Part shown: positions 60,779-64,000 of the stretch, piece after piece
Position numbering within the stretch: position 1 is the first letter of the stretch
How the letters are laid out: each line of letters begins with the position of its first letter
Source: Promethearchaeota archaeon
Lineage (GTDB): Archaea; Asgardarchaeota; Lokiarchaeia; Sigyniarchaeales; SOKP01
DNA: 64,000 nt
Reading direction: 5' to 3'
NCBI GenBank assembly: GCA_016840165.1
Contig: JAEOSU010000051.1
Span: forward strand, 64,001 to 128,000
Notes under the pieces: generated by a model
Told to the model about the DNA's origin: nothing
Databases searched by the model: none
The model's input: the letters and a program-made list of their open reading frames with translations, nothing else
Made by a program: the position numbers and the translations under genes

Positions 60779-61770
60779 TTTGAATAAATTTCTTTAAGAT
60801 TATTTTTTAACTCTTCTAATGATCTTGAATTTGATATTTTTAATCTAATTTTTTTTGAATCTTTGATATGCCTTGTGAACCAAATTGCATTTCTTTTTAG
60901 TTCACTGAACTTTATCTGATCAATTGTCTTATTATTAAAAGAAAAAGCACTATAATCGATCTCATCAATAATGTCTTCATAAAAAAGTAGGTGTTTTCGC
61001 ATTCTTTCAAGGTTGTTTTCAATTGGTAGATATGACATATCTTGAAGAACACTCGCGATATGAGTAAATATCTTTGGGTTTCCCATAGATGCTCTACCAA
61101 TCATTAAACCATCTACTTTTGTATAATCCATAACTTCTTTTGCTTTCTGAGGCGTAAAGATATCACCATTACCAATAACTGGAATTAATACATTTTCTTT
61201 CAACAATTTTAATGATTCGATATCAAATTTTGAATCATCATAGCGATCTTTTACCGTTCTGCTATGAATAGTTATTAAATCAACTCCAGATGATTCGATA
61301 ACCTTAATAATATCAATTAAGTTTTTTGATGAACTAAATCCCGTTCGAATTTTAACTGTTACGGGCTTTGAAGAAAATTTAATAGCAACATCAAGAATAT
61401 CTTGTAGTTTTTCTAAGTTTTTCAATAAATAACCTCCTTCTTGAGCTCGTATAGCCCTTTTAGAAGGACAGCCAGCGTTTATATCTAAAAAATCAAAATT
61501 ATAACTCGATAAAAAGTCAATTGATTTCCTTAAAGCATTAATATCTCCTCCTATTAATTGCACACTTATAGGACGTTCTTCCTCAATTTTATAGAGGTCA
61601 ATGAGAATTGATTTAGAATTTTTTTCTATTCTCTTAGTGTAAATCATTGGAACGCATACGAGGCCAATAGTATTGAATTTCCGACTGAATCTCCGATAAG
61701 GAGCTGTGGTTACATTTTGCATAGGAGCTAATATCAAATTATTCTCCAATTGAATTGTAGCGATTCTCAT
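60775..61770 (-). CDS. dus: tRNA-dihydrouridine synthase family protein
   Basis: LAPM, VQLIG, DINAGCP, VTVKIRTG, IHSRT, IGNGDI, GLMIGRA..GNP. Confidence 0.92.
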   Translation of the reverse strand: MRIATIQLENNLILAPMQNVTTAPYRRFSRKFNTIGLVCVPMIYTKRIEKNSKSILIDLYKIEEERPISVQLIGGDINALRKSIDFLSSYNFDFLDINAGCPSKRAIRAQEGGYLLKNLEKLQDILDVAIKFSSKPVTVKIRTGFSSSKNLIDIIKVIESSGVDLITIHSRTVKDRYDDSKFDIESLKLLKENVLIPVIGNGDIFTPQKAKEVMDYTKVDGLMIGRASMGNPKIFTHIASVLQDMSYLPIENNLERMRKHLLFYEDIIDEIDYSAFSFNNKTIDQIKFSELKRNAIWFTRHIKDSKKIRLKISNSRSLEELKNNLKEIYSN

Positions 61771-61880
61771 ATTGTTGATTTTATTGTTTTTTACAATCTA
61801 TAAACATGAAATTTTTATTATAACCACATTTTATTGTAATTAATAAAATTCACCTTATTGATGAATTTAATAATACTAAA

Positions 61881-62402
61881 GTGAAAAAATTTATTATGTC
61901 ACTATACCTCGATAAATTTAAATTTACAAATATGCCTATTGAGTTAAATTATGTTGATGGAGACCCCTTAAATCTCAATAATCAATTCAACTTTTTCCAT
62001 AATAAAAACAAATTCAGGAAGGATTTAAATCGACTCCAATATATCTTTAAAGAATTCACAGGAAATTCTCTGGTTGCTTCAGGGATAAGGGATACTTACA
62101 TTAACAAAGAATTTACTGAAAATCATTTACTTGTTTTATTTACCGACAACAAGGTGGTAAAAACCGCGAATAATATACTTCAAGCTAATTTAAAAAGAGA
62201 TATAACTTCTGGATGTTATTATTTGACAGCTACTTCGGAATATCTACTTTTATTGGCAAAAGATATGAAAGGTTTAATTTCAGGAATAGATTTAATGGAA
62301 GAATTATTCGTACAGGTTTTTGAACATTACATGAAGCAAAAAAAATTCGATGAATTTGTAAAAATTCGTCAATTTAATGCATTTGGATGCTCAAATTCCT
62401 AA
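61881..62402 (+). CDS. Stand-alone GH20 domain-2-like (zincin-like) protein
   Basis: GCYYLTATSEYLLLLAKDMKGLISGIDLMEELF resembles the EGYxL...G..YG..TL.QL signature; no catalytic barrel follows. Confidence 0.55.
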   Translation: MKKFIMSLYLDKFKFTNMPIELNYVDGDPLNLNNQFNFFHNKNKFRKDLNRLQYIFKEFTGNSLVASGIRDTYINKEFTENHLLVLFTDNKVVKTANNILQANLKRDITSGCYYLTATSEYLLLLAKDMKGLISGIDLMEELFVQVFEHYMKQKKFDEFVKIRQFNAFGCSNS

Positions 62403-62418
62403 TCTAATCCTTTATTTT

Positions 62419-64000
62419 TCACTTTATGAATTTCCAAGGTTTCTGTTTAACTAATTTATATGCTTTTTTTGAATATTCCTCAACCATACGATGAGTATTG
62501 AAAAACGCTGCTAATGAAATAGCATTTTTACATTTAAATAACCACTCATCATGGTTCATCCATATAGGGATAATCTTATCTTCTAAAATATCATATATTG
62601 CCTTGGAATCGATTTCCCAATCGTTTGAAACCCCAGGATCATTTGGATTGGTGTCATCAGGTCCTATTGACCATCCTGCGGTAGGATTTCTACGATATCC
62701 TTCTAACCACCATCCATCTTGAACGCTTAAATTTAATACGCCATTTAAAGCTGCTTTCATTCCGCTCGTTCCACTCGCTTCGCGATATCGTTCAGGAGTA
62801 TTAAGCCATACATCTACCCCAGACAAAAGCATGTGAGCCAGGTCAATATTATAATTTTCCATAAGAACCACTTTAACCCCATAGTTGTCATATAGATATT
62901 CGCCCGACTCATAGATTTTTTTAATATAATCTTTACCCATTAAATCTTTCGGATGGGCTTTACCGGCGAAAATAAATTGAACTTTACTTTGACAAATTTT
63001 GCCAAGTCGATCAATATCATGAAAAATCAAAACTGCTCGCTTATATGTGGCAAATCTTCGGGCAAATCCTATTGTTATAAGCTCCTCATCTAATAAATTC
63101 CAACTATGACCCTTTTGATAATTAATTAGATTAAACTTATTTTCGATATGCGCATCAAATAAGTCTAAATCATCGATTTCGATTGCATTCTGTAATACTG
63201 ATGGTTTGGATTTCCAATTAGGCCACTTTCTATCAAAAATCTGTTTTATAGGTTTTGATATCCAAAATGGTAAATGAATTCCATTGGTAATGTGATCCAC
63301 TTCATACTGAGGAAACATTTTTCTTGTGATTTCGCCATGTTTTTTAGCGACTGCATTTCTATATCGTGAAAGGCCCATACCAAGAAAAGTCATGTTAAAA
63401 TTGCCGTTATCCTCTGCAATTTTCTTAATAGGTTCGGGCATTCTCTTTTCAAAAACTTTATTAACCAATTCTTTATCAAATCTGTCATGACCAGCGGGTA
63501 CTGGAGTATGTGTAGTAAAAACAACTTTTTCTTTCACGTTATCTAGATTTTTTCCAAGTAAATTATATAATTCAACGGTTGCAAAAGAACCATGTCCCTC
63601 ATTGAGATGGTAGGTTTGTAAATTATTATATCCTAATGAATGTAAAAGTCTTACACCACCAATCCCTAAAATAATTTCTTGGACAATACGATTCCATCGA
63701 GATGTTGAATCATACAAGGATCCTGTCATTTTTTTCATCCATTCCTCATTACCATCAACATCTGTGGTTAATAAATAGATTGGTAAGATATGCCCTGATT
63801 GTCCTATAACTCGATATAGCCATGCGGATACTAACACTTCTTTATTCTCAATCATTAATTTGATTGGTTTATCCACTTTATCAAACTCATAGAAGAAGTT
63901 CCACTCTACTTCTTTTTCTTTTTGTTCCCCCATTTCATTGAAGAGTTGATAAAAATATCCTGAACTATAGCAAAGACAGATAGCCACCATAGGGATTTCT
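62419..64000 (-). CDS. glgP: Alpha-glucan (glycogen/maltodextrin) phosphorylase, 5' end outside the window
   Basis: HLNEGH, FTTHTPVPAGHD, ITNGIH, FARRFATYKR, GKAHP, EASGTSGMKA (PLP lysine); frame open to the window edge. Confidence 0.95.
   Translation of the reverse strand, partial: EIPMVAICLCYSSGYFYQLFNEMGEQKEKEVEWNFFYEFDKVDKPIKLMIENKEVLVSAWLYRVIGQSGHILPIYLLTTDVDGNEEWMKKMTGSLYDSTSRWNRIVQEIILGIGGVRLLHSLGYNNLQTYHLNEGHGSFATVELYNLLGKNLDNVKEKVVFTTHTPVPAGHDRFDKELVNKVFEKRMPEPIKKIAEDNGNFNMTFLGMGLSRYRNAVAKKHGEITRKMFPQYEVDHITNGIHLPFWISKPIKQIFDRKWPNWKSKPSVLQNAIEIDDLDLFDAHIENKFNLINYQKGHSWNLLDEELITIGFARRFATYKRAVLIFHDIDRLGKICQSKVQFIFAGKAHPKDLMGKDYIKKIYESGEYLYDNYGVKVVLMENYNIDLAHMLLSGVDVWLNTPERYREASGTSGMKAALNGVLNLSVQDGWWLEGYRRNPTAGWSIGPDDTNPNDPGVSNDWEIDSKAIYDILEDKIIPIWMNHDEWLFKCKNAISLAAFFNTHRMVEEYSKKAYKLVKQKPWKFIK

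Noticed and set aside
1475-62722. Numerous 60-173 aa ORFs overlapping larger genes (e.g. 1475, 4920, 13973, 17534, 34204, 53913, 55458)
   Set aside because: Antisense or alternate-frame shadows of well-supported genes, with no motifs of their own
1-64000. CRISPR arrays, tRNA/rRNA genes, IS elements, proviruses
   Set aside because: No regularly spaced short repeats, cloverleaf or rRNA-like tracts, transposase, integrase or virion genes were recognised by eye

Overview
AT-rich archaeal chromosomal segment, most likely Asgard (Lokiarchaeia-like). The assignment rests on an archaeal uS10, an archaeal-type SRP RNA, and several eukaryotic-signature-like genes (longin-fold protein, Rab-like GTPase, C4C4 RING protein, Bud23-like methyltransferase). 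Most of the window is housekeeping or anaerobic peptide/amino-acid metabolism: PepF, GuaA, NfnAB/SudAB, two glutamate dehydrogenases, MtnA, Dus and a GlgP cut by the window edge. The most striking system spans 39.2-50.9 kb. It contains a glycyl radical enzyme with an N-terminal SCP2-like lipid-binding domain, its activase and an aldehyde:ferredoxin oxidoreductase. These are bracketed by two paralogous operons (CrtI/RetSat-like flavoprotein plus FNR-[2Fe-2S] reductase) that share a conserved promoter motif, suggesting an uncharacterised anaerobic lipid/isoprenoid transformation pathway. Features missed by the ORF track include a 45-codon ORF with an in-frame C-T-G-TGA (candidate CxxU selenoprotein), the SRP RNA and a 4-TM gene broken by one stop codon. 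A duplicated gene 3' end brackets a beta-propeller gene. No CRISPR array, tRNA, rRNA, transposase or integrase was seen. All family assignments come from motif recognition by eye; no database searches were run.
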